From contig CAYNLU010000002.1 of NCBI GenBank assembly GCA_964398205.1, positions 1,004-65,003 on the forward strand: a stretch of DNA of 64,000 bases. The letters are read 5' to 3'. The notes under the pieces are model-generated. The model was not told the origin of the DNA. It saw nothing but the letters and a program-made list of their open reading frames with translations, and did no database searches. The DNA is from an uncultured Candidatus Saccharibacteria bacterium (GTDB taxonomy: Bacteria; Patescibacteriota; Minisyncoccia; Phycocordibacterales; UBA9973). The position numbers were made by a program, and so were the translations under genes. The first letter of the stretch is position 1, and every line of letters starts with the position of its first letter. Of the stretch, positions 38,203 through 48,281 are shown piece by piece.

Positions 38203-39138
38203 ATGCCTGAATTACCTGAAGTAGAAAATCTTAGAATTGGTTTAGAAAAATATATTCTAAATCAAAAAATTCTAAAAATAGAAGTCAGTAAACCGAAACT
38301 TGTAAGTGGAAACGGAACTAAAAGAACAGCTTCCAAGAAAAAGGTTTTAGAATTTATAGAAGGCTTAACTAATGCTAAATTTTTAAAGGTAGAAAGAGTT
38401 GCAAAAAACCTTATCTTTAGATTGACTAAAGATAAAACTATTTTAGTTCACCTTAAAATGACTGGGCAATTTGTTTACCTGCCTTCGCATAAAGCTACGG
38501 CAAGGCAAGTAAATCAAAAATCTTATCTAGAAGGTAAAATAGATGGGGGTCATCCGATAGAACTTTCTGAAACTACTTTGCCTAATAAGCATACTCATAT
38601 TATTTTTGAATTAGAAAAAGGTACGCTTTATTATAACGATACGCGAATGTTTGGATATGTATTATATTTTGAAAATCAAAAAGAATTTGATAAATTAAAT
38701 CATTTTAAAAAATATGGACTTGAACCTTTAGACAAAAACTTTACCGTAGAGTATTTCGAAAAATCTTTAAAGGCAAAGAAAAGTTCAATCAAAAAAGTCC
38801 TCCTTGATCAAGATATCGTAGTAGGTATCGGTAATATTTATGCTGATGAAAGTTTATTTGAAGCAGGCATCTCCCCTAACCGTAATGCAAATACTTTAAA
38901 AATAAAAGAAGTAGAAAAACTTCATCAAGCTATAATAAGGATAATTAAAAGAGCTATCGAGGTCGGAGGTTCTTCTGTTGCGACTTATAGACTAATAGAC
39001 GAAGCCCGAGGTAATTATGCGCGAGAGCATAAAGTTTACGGTAAAGATGGCGAGGATTGCTATATTTGTAGAAAGCCTTTAAAAAGAATTTTAATTGGGA
39101 GTCGAACTACTATTTTCTGTGAAAAGTGTCAGAAATAA
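38203..39138 (+). CDS. mutM: formamidopyrimidine-DNA glycosylase
   Basis: MPELPEVE, HLKMTG, GIGNIYADE, C-terminal zinc finger. Confidence 0.95.
   Translation: MPELPEVENLRIGLEKYILNQKILKIEVSKPKLVSGNGTKRTASKKKVLEFIEGLTNAKFLKVERVAKNLIFRLTKDKTILVHLKMTGQFVYLPSHKATARQVNQKSYLEGKIDGGHPIELSETTLPNKHTHIIFELEKGTLYYNDTRMFGYVLYFENQKEFDKLNHFKKYGLEPLDKNFTVEYFEKSLKAKKSSIKKVLLDQDIVVGIGNIYADESLFEAGISPNRNANTLKIKEVEKLHQAIIRIIKRAIEVGGSSVATYRLIDEARGNYAREHKVYGKDGEDCYICRKPLKRILIGSRTTIFCEKCQK
38474..38513. repeat. palindromic insertion within mutM
   Basis: TTTACCTGCCTT...AAGGCAAGTAAA arms around CGCATAAAGCTACGGC; translated as YLPSHKATARQV. Confidence 0.7.
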
Positions 39139-39174
39139 ATATTCAAAAAACAAAATCTAGTATATAATAAAAAT

Positions 39175-39324
39175 ATGAAAATGTTATTAGGATTTTTTGG
39201 AATAATTGCAATTATGTGGATAGCTTGGTATTTTAGCGGAGGAGTTTATCGTTTTGAACAAGAAAATCCAGGCAAATTTATAAAACCACTAGAATTAGAC
39301 AAGGAAGCAGAAACTTATAATTAA
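39175..39324 (+). CDS. small single-TM protein (49 aa)
   Basis: Manual translation MKMLLGFFGIIAIMWIAWYFSGGVYRFEQENPGKFIKPLELDKEAETYN; TATAAT 6 nt upstream. Confidence 0.65.
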   Translation: MKMLLGFFGIIAIMWIAWYFSGGVYRFEQENPGKFIKPLELDKEAETYN

Positions 39325-39797
39325 AGTTTCAAAACTCCGTACAAGAAAATCCCCAAAGATACCGATACGTTTAGGGATTCCTTTTTCCCACGCATCGGTA
39401 TTTCCCCTATTTGATCGCATTTTGCTAAAGTCTTTTTATCAATACCTAAAACTTCGTTTCCCACAAGGAAAGCGTTTTTCTCTCCAAGTTTAATTTTACG
39501 ATAATGTACTGAATTTTTATCTTGCTCAAGCGCTATGATTTGATAACCGTCTTTCTTAAGTTTATTTAAAAGCATACTAAAGCTTTTTTTTATTTCCCAA
39601 GGCACAGATTCTTCAGCTCCGAGCGCTGACTTTGCGATATCATTACGTTTTTTACCGAACCTATCTAATGGCGCCGGGGTATATCCGGTAATATATATCT
39701 TATCTATACCTACCGCATCGGAAGTTCTAAAAATAGCTCCGACGTTCTCGGTACTACGTATATTATTCAGTATTAAAATATTTGTTTGTTTTTTCAT
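39321..39797 (-). CDS. SpoU/TrmH family RNA methyltransferase
   Basis: NIRS.ENVGAIFRT, VGNEVLG, IPMRGKKESLNVS. Confidence 0.9.
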   Translation of the reverse strand: MKKQTNILILNNIRSTENVGAIFRTSDAVGIDKIYITGYTPAPLDRFGKKRNDIAKSALGAEESVPWEIKKSFSMLLNKLKKDGYQIIALEQDKNSVHYRKIKLGEKNAFLVGNEVLGIDKKTLAKCDQIGEIPMRGKKESLNVSVSLGIFLYGVLKL

Positions 39798-39798
39798 A

Positions 39799-40995
39799 TT
39801 ATTTTAAAAAATTTTTATTGCGCATTTGTTTATGATAAGTTATAGCGAAACGATGAGCTTCCGAATTCACTAATAGGATTTCTCGTTCGTATTTCCGAGC
39901 GAAGGTTTTATCACCTAGTATATCTTTCGGTTTATGACGCTCATCTTTTAAAACTGAAACTATCAGTATATCGAGATTAAATTGCTTAAGAATTTTATTA
40001 GTTATATTTAATTGAGCCTTACCTCCGTCTACAACGATCAGATTAGGGATAGGCCACTCGGAATGATTAAATCTTCTCTCTAAAATTTCAGCTAAAGCTC
40101 CAGTATCGTCTGCCTCAAATTTAGTTTTAATTTTAAATTTCTTATATTCTCGTTTAGCTACTTCCCCATTTAAAAGCACAGTCATAACTCCTACCATATT
40201 TTTACCGCTCATATGAGCTATATCATAAGCTTCTATCCTAAAATCAGATTGATTACCTGAATTATTTAAATCTTCTTTAATAAGAGCGATATCGTTAATA
40301 TGCTCTAAGGCAAAAATCTTTCTTTTGACTTCACCGGCTTTTTCAAAAGCTTTTTCTTTCGCATATTGATTCATCTCTTTTTTAAAAAGAGAAATTATTT
40401 TCTTTTTCTTACCTTCAAAGAAAAGAATTATATTTTTAATATTCTTTTTATTCTCTTCGTTAGTTTCAGGATTGAGAGCAAGTTGCTTATAAAATTCTTC
40501 TTTACCTTTTGTGCCTTTGCGGTCTTCTATATACGGGAAAAATTTACGAATAATTTTCAAAGCTTCCCGTAAAGAATTCCCCGAAGTAAAAGGGCCGAAA
40601 ACTTTTTTAAACTTTTTTATTTCTTGTGAGTACAATAATTCTTTACCCCTTATAGTTCCTAATTTATAGTCTTGAGTTATATAAACATAGTTGAAACTCT
40701 TATCGGATTTCTCTTTGGTATTATATTTCGGTTGATATTTCTTTATTAAATTTGCCTCAAGAATTAAAGCCTCAAGAACGCTAGGAGTAATCTCAAATTT
40801 TAAATCATCAGCTTTAAAAACCATATCTAAGATAAGTGGCCCGCGAGTATTTATCAAATCAGGAGAAAAATAACTTTTAACTCTATCTTTTAAATTAGTT
40901 GCTTTACCGATATATATAATCTCCCCCTTCTCCATAAAGAAATAAACTCCGGGTTTTTCAGGTAGGTTATATTTTTTAATATCTTGACTTTTCAT
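39799..40995 (-). CDS. uvrC: excinuclease ABC subunit C (short form)
   Basis: GIY-YIG (PGVY..IYIGKA), RIEAYDIAH, VVDGGKAQL, EAHRFAI. Confidence 0.92.
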   Translation of the reverse strand: MKSQDIKKYNLPEKPGVYFFMEKGEIIYIGKATNLKDRVKSYFSPDLINTRGPLILDMVFKADDLKFEITPSVLEALILEANLIKKYQPKYNTKEKSDKSFNYVYITQDYKLGTIRGKELLYSQEIKKFKKVFGPFTSGNSLREALKIIRKFFPYIEDRKGTKGKEEFYKQLALNPETNEENKKNIKNIILFFEGKKKKIISLFKKEMNQYAKEKAFEKAGEVKRKIFALEHINDIALIKEDLNNSGNQSDFRIEAYDIAHMSGKNMVGVMTVLLNGEVAKREYKKFKIKTKFEADDTGALAEILERRFNHSEWPIPNLIVVDGGKAQLNITNKILKQFNLDILIVSVLKDERHKPKDILGDKTFARKYEREILLVNSEAHRFAITYHKQMRNKNFLK

Positions 40996-41057
40996 AGAAA
41001 TATTCTAATATAAATACTGACAAAAGTACATTTTTAACATTTCAAACAAATACCACA

Positions 41058-41177
41058 ATGGAAGCACTAAATGCATTATTGGTTTTTTTAGTTACCGGTT
41101 TAGCAATGCTTGGGATCGTCAAAATTTGCGAATTTTTTAAAAATTATTCTTCTAACTTTAAAAAAAGTGAGAGATGA
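41058..41177 (+). CDS. small membrane peptide (39 aa)
   Basis: Manual translation MEALNALLVFLVTGLAMLGIVKICEFFKNYSSNFKKSER; ATGA overlap with the next ORF. Confidence 0.5.
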   Translation: MEALNALLVFLVTGLAMLGIVKICEFFKNYSSNFKKSER

Positions 41178-41395
41178 ATGGATTGTGGCTAATATTTATA
41201 GGCTTGTGTATGGTTGTTTTTTTAATAAAAGCTTTTGAGGATGAACTTGAAGAGATTTTAAGTAAAATAGCAACTTTTTTTGGGACTTATCATAGGTTCC
41301 TATCGTTTGGCTTAATAGCCATATTTGAAACAATGAAACCACGTACAGATACGTGGTACCAGAAAAAAGTTAAAGAGTTTGAAGCCCTTAAATAG
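41174..41395 (+). CDS. small membrane protein
   Basis: 73 aa, hydrophobic N-terminus, coupled to the upstream ORF; hairpin AAGCCCT/AGGGCTT at its end. Confidence 0.55.
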   Translation: MNGLWLIFIGLCMVVFLIKAFEDELEEILSKIATFFGTYHRFLSFGLIAIFETMKPRTDTWYQKKVKEFEALK

Positions 41396-41402
41396 GGCTT
41401 TT

Positions 41403-44141
41403 TTATTTTCTCAAAATCTTCTTGAGGTAAAATCCAGTATGGGAATTCTTGTTATTCGCTACTTCTTCTGGAGTTCCTTTTGCTATTAATTTACCTCCTC
41501 CGATTCCTCCTTCAGGACCGAAGTCTAGTAAATAATCCGAATTCTTAATAATATCTAGATTGTGCTCTATCAATACTACTGTATTACCTTTACTTACTAA
41601 TTTATTTAAAACTTCTAGAAGTTTATGAACGTCATCGTAGTGAAGCCCTACGGTCGGCTCGTCGAGTAGGTAGATAGTTTTCTCTAAATGCGGACGATAA
41701 AGTTCACTTGAAATTTTAACTCTTTGAGCTTCTCCTCCAGAAAGCGTAGTCGCACTTTGACCTAATTCTAAATATCCGAGCCCTACGTCCATCAGGGTTT
41801 GCAATCTATCATAAATAGCCGGAATATCTTTAAAGAATTTTAATCCTTCTTCAACTGTCATCCGTAAAACTTCATAAATATTTTTCTTCTTGTATTTTAC
41901 AGTCAAAGTTTCTTTATCAAATCTCTTACCTCCACAAACGTCACAAGTAACGTAAACCGTCGGCAAGAAATGCATCTCAACCGCAATCTCACCGTTCCCT
42001 TCACAAGCTTCGCAACGCCCACCTTTGACGTTAAAAGAAAACCGATTAGACTTCCAACCTCGAAGCCGAGCTTCTTCAGTTTCCGCAAATAAATCTCGAA
42101 TATGAGTAAAAGTTCCTGTATAAGTCGCGATATTAGAACGAGGAGTTCGTCCGATTGGAGACTGATCTATTAGAATCACTCGAGATAGATACTCGGTACC
42201 CGAGAAAGAACTACAATTAAAAACTTGCGCGGTGCGATATTTCCTCTCTAGACGAGCTTGAAGATTTTTAAATAAAACTTCATACATAAAAGAAGATTTA
42301 CCAGAACCTGAAACCCCAGTAATAGTAGTCATAACTCCGAGAGGAATTTCAGCATTCAAATTATCAATATTAAAAATCTTTGCTCCAACTACTTTTAGAG
42401 AACCCTTACCTTCGCGTCTTTTTTCTGGAATTTCGATTTTAATTTCTTCTCTTAAATATCCTAATGTGCGAGAATTACTAGTATTCTTTTTAGCAGTTAA
42501 TAAATCTTCTAAATATCCTGACGCTACTACTTCCCCTCCGTGCACTCCTGCTTTCGGGCCTATATCTACTATATAATCCGAAGCATAAATAGTATCTTCG
42601 TCATGCTCAACTACTAAAATAGTATTTCCTAAATCTCTTAAATCAAGTAAAGTTTTAATAAGTCTATCGTTATCGCGTTGATGAAGTCCAATAGTCGGCT
42701 CGTCTAATACGTATAAAGCTCCTACGAGTTTCGAGCCAAGTTGAGAAGCGAGACGTATTCTTTGGGCTTCTCCTCCTGAGAGAGTATTTGCTTTTCTAGA
42801 AAGCTCTAGATAATCAAGTCCTACGTCTAGCATAAATTTAAGTCTATCTTCTATCTCACGAACTACAGGCAAAGATATCTCGCGTTCTTTCGGAGAAAGT
42901 TTTAAGTTTTTGAAAAATTCATAAGCGTCTTTAATAGACATAGAAGTTAAATCTAAAATATTTATTCTATCTTTATTTTCTTTGCCCTTATCTCCGCCCA
43001 GACCTCGGGACTGATTTTTTTTACTACTCACCCCGAGGTCTGGGCGGGAGTCTTTAATTAAAAATACGTTAAGAGCTTCTACTCTTAAACGTGCACCCTT
43101 ACAATCATCGCAAGGTTCGTCCCCTCCAAAATATTTACTACCGAGACCGTTACAAGTAGGACAAGCTCCATAAGGAGAATTAAAAGAAAAAAGTCTAGGT
43201 TCTACTTCTGGGAAAGAAAAACCGTCATTCTTACAAGCAAATTTATTTGAGAAAAGGAATTCAAAACCCCCTAAATCCCCCTTATCAGGGGGATTATTCT
43301 TCCCCTGATAAGGGGAAGTTAGATGGGGTTCTTGCCCAATATCAATCAGTACTAACCCATCCGCCTCGAGCAAAGCTCGCTCGACTGCTTCCGCTAGTCT
43401 AGCTCGCGCCTCATCTTTATTGTCAAAAAATTCGTGCACTAAAAATTGATCTACTAAAATATCAATATTATGAGCTTTATTTTTAGAAAGAGTTATTTGC
43501 TCGCGGAGACTTTTCATAACTCCGTCTAAGCGAATATTAGAAAATCCTTTAGAAAGTAAATCATAAAGCATTTGATAATATTCCCCTTTTCTACCTCTAA
43601 CTACTGGCGCGTAAATATTTATAGGAGTATCATCCCAAGAAACTCCCAAAACACTTTTCTTGGATTTTTGATTTTTATTTAAAGTATTTATTTTTTCTAA
43701 AATAAAATTAATGATTTCTTCGTTAGAAAGTTTTTTGATTTCTTCTTTACAGATTGGACAATGCGGTACCCCTATCCGCGCATACATAACGCGAAGATAA
43801 TCATATATTTCCGTAATAGTTGCTACAGTCGAACGAGGATTATTGCTTCGTGATTTTTGATCAATAGAGATAGCTGGAGATAAGCCTGTGATTTCGTCGA
43901 TATCAGGCTTCGGCATTTGATTTAGAAATTGTCTAGCATAAGAAGAAAGACTCTCTACGTAGCGTCTTTGCCCTTCAGCAAAAATAGTATCGAAAGCCAA
44001 AGAAGACTTACCCGAACCCGAAACTCCGGTAATCACAGTCATTTTATTCCTAGGCATAGAAACGGAGATATTTTTCAGATTATGAGTCCGAGCTCCTTTT
44101 ACTATTATCTCGTCTATTTTTTTATCTTCCTTTTTCGCCAT
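41403..44141 (-). CDS. uvrA: excinuclease ABC subunit A
   Basis: GARTHNLK, two GVSGSGKS, two LSGGEAQR, zinc fingers. Confidence 0.97.
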   Translation of the reverse strand: MAKKEDKKIDEIIVKGARTHNLKNISVSMPRNKMTVITGVSGSGKSSLAFDTIFAEGQRRYVESLSSYARQFLNQMPKPDIDEITGLSPAISIDQKSRSNNPRSTVATITEIYDYLRVMYARIGVPHCPICKEEIKKLSNEEIINFILEKINTLNKNQKSKKSVLGVSWDDTPINIYAPVVRGRKGEYYQMLYDLLSKGFSNIRLDGVMKSLREQITLSKNKAHNIDILVDQFLVHEFFDNKDEARARLAEAVERALLEADGLVLIDIGQEPHLTSPYQGKNNPPDKGDLGGFEFLFSNKFACKNDGFSFPEVEPRLFSFNSPYGACPTCNGLGSKYFGGDEPCDDCKGARLRVEALNVFLIKDSRPDLGVSSKKNQSRGLGGDKGKENKDRINILDLTSMSIKDAYEFFKNLKLSPKEREISLPVVREIEDRLKFMLDVGLDYLELSRKANTLSGGEAQRIRLASQLGSKLVGALYVLDEPTIGLHQRDNDRLIKTLLDLRDLGNTILVVEHDEDTIYASDYIVDIGPKAGVHGGEVVASGYLEDLLTAKKNTSNSRTLGYLREEIKIEIPEKRREGKGSLKVVGAKIFNIDNLNAEIPLGVMTTITGVSGSGKSSFMYEVLFKNLQARLERKYRTAQVFNCSSFSGTEYLSRVILIDQSPIGRTPRSNIATYTGTFTHIRDLFAETEEARLRGWKSNRFSFNVKGGRCEACEGNGEIAVEMHFLPTVYVTCDVCGGKRFDKETLTVKYKKKNIYEVLRMTVEEGLKFFKDIPAIYDRLQTLMDVGLGYLELGQSATTLSGGEAQRVKISSELYRPHLEKTIYLLDEPTVGLHYDDVHKLLEVLNKLVSKGNTVVLIEHNLDIIKNSDYLLDFGPEGGIGGGKLIAKGTPEEVANNKNSHTGFYLKKILRK
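42994..43047. repeat. in-frame 16-bp inverted repeat insertion in uvrA
   Basis: CCGCCCAGACCTCGGG (42994-43009) / CCCGAGGTCTGGGCGG (43032-43047). Confidence 0.85.
43265..43330. repeat. REP-like doublet (two inverted CCCCTGATAAGGGG units) in-frame in uvrA
   Basis: AACCCCCTAAATCCCCCTTATCAGGGGG..TTCCCCTGATAAGGGGAAGTTAGATGGGGTT; same unit at 46411 and 51779. Confidence 0.88.
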
Positions 44142-44173
44142 AAAACTTGATTATAACATAAAAGAGCTTTATT

Positions 44174-46360
44174 TTAAAGCTCTTTTTCCATCCTATTTTT
44201 TAGTACTATGATTTCATCGCGAAGTATTGCAGCAGTTTCGAAGTCTAGTTCTTTTACGGCTTTATTCATTTCTTTCTCTTTCATTTTGATTATCTTTTCG
44301 TAAACGAGTTTATTTCTCTCTTCATCAGAGAGCATAGTATTTTTAATACTATCACTTTCGTTTTTACCTTTATTGCTTTTATCTTTTGCAAAAGCTTTTT
44401 TGAAAAGCTCAATATCGAGTTCTAATTCTGCATTCACCTTTTTGCCGTGCTCGCTTTCCATAGCTTCGGTTATATCTTTAATATTTTTGATAATCGTTTG
44501 CGGAGTAATTCCGTTTTTCTTATTATAAGCTATTTGAATATCGCGACGGCGTTTAGTTTCTTTGAGTGCATTCTCTAAAGAATTAGTTAGTCTGTCTGCA
44601 TAAAGAATAACTCGCCCTTCAGAATTACGCGCAGCCCGTCCGATAGTTTGAATAAGTGAAGTTTCACTACGCAAGAAACCTTCTTTATCCGCATCGAAAA
44701 TACCGATTAACGCTACTTCCGGCAAGTCTAAACCTTCACGAAGTAGATTAACTCCAACTAAAACGTCATACTTACCTTTGCGAAACTCTGTAATAATTTT
44801 AATTCTATCTATAGTCTTAACGTCACTATGCAAATACTCAGCTTTTATATTCCGTTCTTTTAAATAGCCAGATAAATCTTCAGCCATTTTTTTAGTGAGA
44901 GTTGTCGCTAAAACTCTAAAACCTTTCTTGATTGTGATTTCAGTTTCTTTGATAAAATCTTGTACTTGGCCTTCGTATTTATCTTGCGATAATACAGGGC
45001 GCACAATAGTTTCCGGATCAAGGAGCCCTGTGGGACGAATAATTTGCTCTACTATTTGCTCACTTTCTTTCTTTTCGTATTCACTAGGAGTCGCCGAAAC
45101 ATAAATCACGTTAGATATTCTTTCTTCAAATTCATCATACTTTAAAGGGCGATTGTCTTTCGCACTAGGTAAACGAAAACCGTATTCAACTAAAGTCTTT
45201 TTACGAGAAGCATCACCCGCATACATTCCCCCTAATTGAGGCAAAGTTACGTGAGACTCGTCAATAATAGTAAGGAAATCTGGAACAAGTGATGAAAATT
45301 TCTTTTTCGAATGGTCTGGTTCTACTTGCGACCCGAGGACCTGAGAAAAAGAATTTTTCATCGCGGAATGAGGAAAATATGAAAGCAAAGTTTCAGGAGC
45401 TTCTCCTTCTACCTTACCTGATAAATGCCTAGAATAATTCTCGATTCCTGAACAATACCCAATCTCGCGAATCATAGCGAGATCGTAATTAGTGCGTCTT
45501 TTAATTCTTTCAGCTTCGAGCAATTTCCCCTCTTTTTCAAACTTTTTAATTTGAAGTTTTAATTCTTTTTCAATATTTTTAATCGCAACTTTAGTTTTTT
45601 CGTCTTCGGTTATAAAATGCTTAGCTGGGAAAATAAATACAAATTCTTCTTCTTTTAAGATTTTAGAAGAAACCGGATCTATGCGTAAGATTTTAGAAAT
45701 ATTAGAACCTTTCATCTCAATATAATAACTAAAAGTTTCCGAAGTCGGCATAAATTCTACGTTATTCCCCACAGAACGAAATTGTCCCGAAGAGAGATCA
45801 GCATTAGTTCTTTCAAAATGAATATTGACTAACTTTTTCATTAAAGTAGTTCGATCCATCTTCATCCCGACTTCAAGTTTAAGATTTACTTTTTGATATT
45901 CTTCCGGACTACCTAGACCGTAAATACAAGAAACCGAAGCAACTATAATCACATCTTTACGAGTGAGAAGTGCTTGCGTAGTAGCGTGACGAAGTCTATC
46001 TATTTCTTTGTTTATTTGAGCGTCTTTTTCGATATAAGTATCTGAGACTGGCATATAAGCTTCAGGTTGATAGTAATCATAATAAGACACGAAATAATGC
46101 ACCGCTGCATCAGGAAAAAATTCTTTAAACTCACTTGCGAGTTGAGCTGCAAGAGTTTTATTATGAGCTATTACTAGAGTCGGTTTATTGTATTTCTCTA
46201 TCACGTTTGCAATAGTAAAGGTTTTACCGGTACCTGTAGCTCCAAGTAAGGTTTGCTTTTTCATTCCCTTTTTAAGCCCTTCAAACAAAGACGAAATAGC
46301 TTCCGGTTGATCTCCGGAAGGCTTAAAATTACTTTTTAATTTAAAGACTTTCTCGCTCAT
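44174..46360 (-). CDS. uvrB: excinuclease ABC subunit B
   Basis: GATGTGKT, YYDYYQPEAY, DESH, REGLD, QTIGRAARN, UVR C-terminus. Confidence 0.97.
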   Translation of the reverse strand: MSEKVFKLKSNFKPSGDQPEAISSLFEGLKKGMKKQTLLGATGTGKTFTIANVIEKYNKPTLVIAHNKTLAAQLASEFKEFFPDAAVHYFVSYYDYYQPEAYMPVSDTYIEKDAQINKEIDRLRHATTQALLTRKDVIIVASVSCIYGLGSPEEYQKVNLKLEVGMKMDRTTLMKKLVNIHFERTNADLSSGQFRSVGNNVEFMPTSETFSYYIEMKGSNISKILRIDPVSSKILKEEEFVFIFPAKHFITEDEKTKVAIKNIEKELKLQIKKFEKEGKLLEAERIKRRTNYDLAMIREIGYCSGIENYSRHLSGKVEGEAPETLLSYFPHSAMKNSFSQVLGSQVEPDHSKKKFSSLVPDFLTIIDESHVTLPQLGGMYAGDASRKKTLVEYGFRLPSAKDNRPLKYDEFEERISNVIYVSATPSEYEKKESEQIVEQIIRPTGLLDPETIVRPVLSQDKYEGQVQDFIKETEITIKKGFRVLATTLTKKMAEDLSGYLKERNIKAEYLHSDVKTIDRIKIITEFRKGKYDVLVGVNLLREGLDLPEVALIGIFDADKEGFLRSETSLIQTIGRAARNSEGRVILYADRLTNSLENALKETKRRRDIQIAYNKKNGITPQTIIKNIKDITEAMESEHGKKVNAELELDIELFKKAFAKDKSNKGKNESDSIKNTMLSDEERNKLVYEKIIKMKEKEMNKAVKELDFETAAILRDEIIVLKNRMEKEL
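45289..45364. repeat. in-frame hairpin element in uvrB (ATGGTCTGG...CCGAGGACCT family)
   Basis: Arms GTGATGAAAATTTCTTTTTC/GAAAAAGAATTTTTCATCGC; core shared with 51199-51285. Confidence 0.85.
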
Positions 46361-46410
46361 AGATATAATATAGCATAGACAAGTTAGAAAGTAGAAAGTT
46401 AAAAGTTACA

Positions 46411-46438
46411 AAGTCCCCTGATAAGGGGATTAGGGGTT
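46411..46438. repeat. REP-like unit, intergenic
   Basis: AAGTCCCCTGATAAGGGGATTAGGGGTT. Confidence 0.85.
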
Positions 46439-46512
46439 AAAATAAAAAGACCTGCACAAGATTCCATCAGGAATCCAGGCAGGTCAAGTGCGGTAAGTTG
46501 GGATTAAAAATA

Positions 46513-47055
46513 TTATTTCTTAAAAATCTTTTTTACATCAAGTTCAGTGATGAAACCAAAACCAAAAAAATTTTCTTTTTGGGAAAGATTTTTACCTAAT
46601 TCTACAAAAAGTACAATCTCACCTTTTTCATCATGAAAAAAATATTCTGTTCCAAGAGATATTCTTTTCTCGTGGTGAAAATGTTCTCCTTCAGCCTCTT
46701 GAATGGAGTCAAATCCATAAGCAAAAAAAAGGTAAGATCCCAAATTATCATTCCATAAGTAACCTTGAGTAGTATTTAATTCATTACTGAAAAAATCATA
46801 AGCTAAAAAATGGTAAGTTTTTGGAGACAGGTATAAAATATCTCCACCTAAAAGGATATTAGGATTTTCAAATTTTTTTGTTTTTACTCCGGAAAACCCG
46901 AAGAACATATTAAAATGAATTCCTAAATCTTCACCGTGCTCAGACGGCTCAATTTTCTCTTCGGTTTTTTCTTCCCCTTCAGCCAAGGCTAAGGTTTGAG
47001 AAAAAAGTGATAAAGAAAAAAAATGACAAAGAACTAATAAATAAAGTTTTTTCAT
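46513..47055 (-). CDS. secreted beta-strand-rich protein (OMP-like)
   Basis: Signal peptide; about eight amphipathic, aromatic-rich strands. Confidence 0.65.
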   Translation of the reverse strand: MKKLYLLVLCHFFSLSLFSQTLALAEGEEKTEEKIEPSEHGEDLGIHFNMFFGFSGVKTKKFENPNILLGGDILYLSPKTYHFLAYDFFSNELNTTQGYLWNDNLGSYLFFAYGFDSIQEAEGEHFHHEKRISLGTEYFFHDEKGEIVLFVELGKNLSQKENFFGFGFITELDVKKIFKK

Positions 47056-47125
47056 ATCGAAAAAATTTAATGATTATTTAATTTTATTTCGTTAAAATAC
47101 TAACACGTTTTAACTAAAAAGTAAA

Positions 47126-47143
47126 ATCCCGCTTTCGCGGGAT
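47126..47143 (-). terminator. tRNA-Lys terminator
   Basis: ATCCCGC-TTTC-GCGGGAT hairpin followed by T run on the minus strand. Confidence 0.75.
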
Positions 47144-47148
47144 CCTTG

Positions 47149-47221
47149 TGCGCTCGGAAGGAATCGAACCTTCGACCATCTCCTTAAAAGGGAGCTGCTC
47201 TACCGACTGAGCTACGAGCGC
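47149..47221 (-). tRNA. tRNA-Lys (anticodon UUU)
   Basis: Reverse complement GCGCTCGTAGCTCAGTCGGTAGAGCAGCTCCCTTTTAAGGAGATGGTCGAAGGTTCGATTCCTTCCGAGCGCA; CCA not encoded. Confidence 0.93.
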
Positions 47222-47325
47222 ATTTCTAAATAGCTACAAAACTTAGTTATTAACTTATATAAACAATAAAATAAATATACCTTAAATATATTTAAAAATC
47301 AAGGATTTAATGTTATAATTTTTAT

Positions 47326-47655
47326 ATGAAAGAAACACCAGAAACAAAACATGTTAAAAGACCTCCTGATAAATATCAGGCGGTAAATGAAGTAGGTGCA
47401 TTAAAAAGAGAAATGAAACTTCTAAATTCAATGCCTTCAAAAATTAAAGAAACCTTTATAAATAAAATTCAAATTGAACCTGAAGATTTAGAAAAAATCT
47501 ACGATAAAACACCAGAAGAAAGGCTACAATATTTAGAAGAAAAATTCATAAAAAATAATTCTCCTGAGGAATCTTTAGAAGAAATAGTAAGGAGAATTAA
47601 CGAATCCTTAGAAGAATTTGAAAAGAACAAGAAACTTACACCACCTCAAGAATAA
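47326..47655 (+). CDS. hypothetical charged protein
   Basis: 109-aa ORF with TGTTATAAT 6 nt upstream. Confidence 0.65.
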   Translation: MKETPETKHVKRPPDKYQAVNEVGALKREMKLLNSMPSKIKETFINKIQIEPEDLEKIYDKTPEERLQYLEEKFIKNNSPEESLEEIVRRINESLEEFEKNKKLTPPQE

Positions 47656-48280
47656 ACTTCTCGAACATTGCTTCGTCATCTTTCCCTTCCTTGCGAGACT
47701 CCGATAATAAATAAGAAAGCTTAAAACTAATATCTTTTAGTTCTTCTTCCTTATATTTTAAAAATCTTTTATTTAAAATCATATCTTTCACTTTCCAAAA
47801 CAAAACTCCGGAAAGCTCTTCTAGAGATACTCCTATATCTACTGCTTGCCTATAATAAAGCCAAAGCTTAATTTTATCTCTGAGTGCGAAAGCGTCTGCG
47901 AGGAGAAAGTTATTAAACTTTTCTTTTTGCTCTTTTTTAAGCTCAAAAATACTGATTTCTGCTTTTACTTTTTTAAAAGCTTCGAGTGGAGCTTTGAGTA
48001 ATTTACTTTCATTAAAAATGAAAATATTATTAGAAGAACTCATATAATCTAAATTCTTAAAAAGAAAATCCGCGTTATCTGTATCTTCTAAGATATTAGA
48101 GAAAAAAACTATACTTTTAGCATCAAATAAATTTCCCCCGCTATATAAACCCTCAATCATATTAGGGTCAAAGTTATTACGATTAATAGTATATAAAGGA
48201 AAATTACTTAATTTACCAAGTAGATTTTCGTAAGCTTTTATTTTATTTTTAATATCGTCGCCAACGAAAAGATATATCAT
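47636..48280 (-). CDS. holA: DNA polymerase III delta subunit-like protein (short)
   Basis: MIYLFVGDD N-terminus, NLF..KSIV, FLLADAF. Confidence 0.65.
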   Translation of the reverse strand: MIYLFVGDDIKNKIKAYENLLGKLSNFPLYTINRNNFDPNMIEGLYSGGNLFDAKSIVFFSNILEDTDNADFLFKNLDYMSSSNNIFIFNESKLLKAPLEAFKKVKAEISIFELKKEQKEKFNNFLLADAFALRDKIKLWLYYRQAVDIGVSLEELSGVLFWKVKDMILNKRFLKYKEEELKDISFKLSYLLSESRKEGKDDEAMFEKFILEVV

Positions 48281-48281
48281 A

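Noticed and set aside
41403-46360. Inteins or self-splicing introns in uvrA/uvrB
   Set aside because: Inserts are only ~18-25 codons and lack intein terminal residues and group I/II core sequences
46381-46414. Degenerate heptamer run (AAGTTAG AAAGTAG AAAGTTA AAAGTTA CAAAGT)
   Set aside because: Only four to five imperfect units in AT-rich DNA; real but too weak to assign a function
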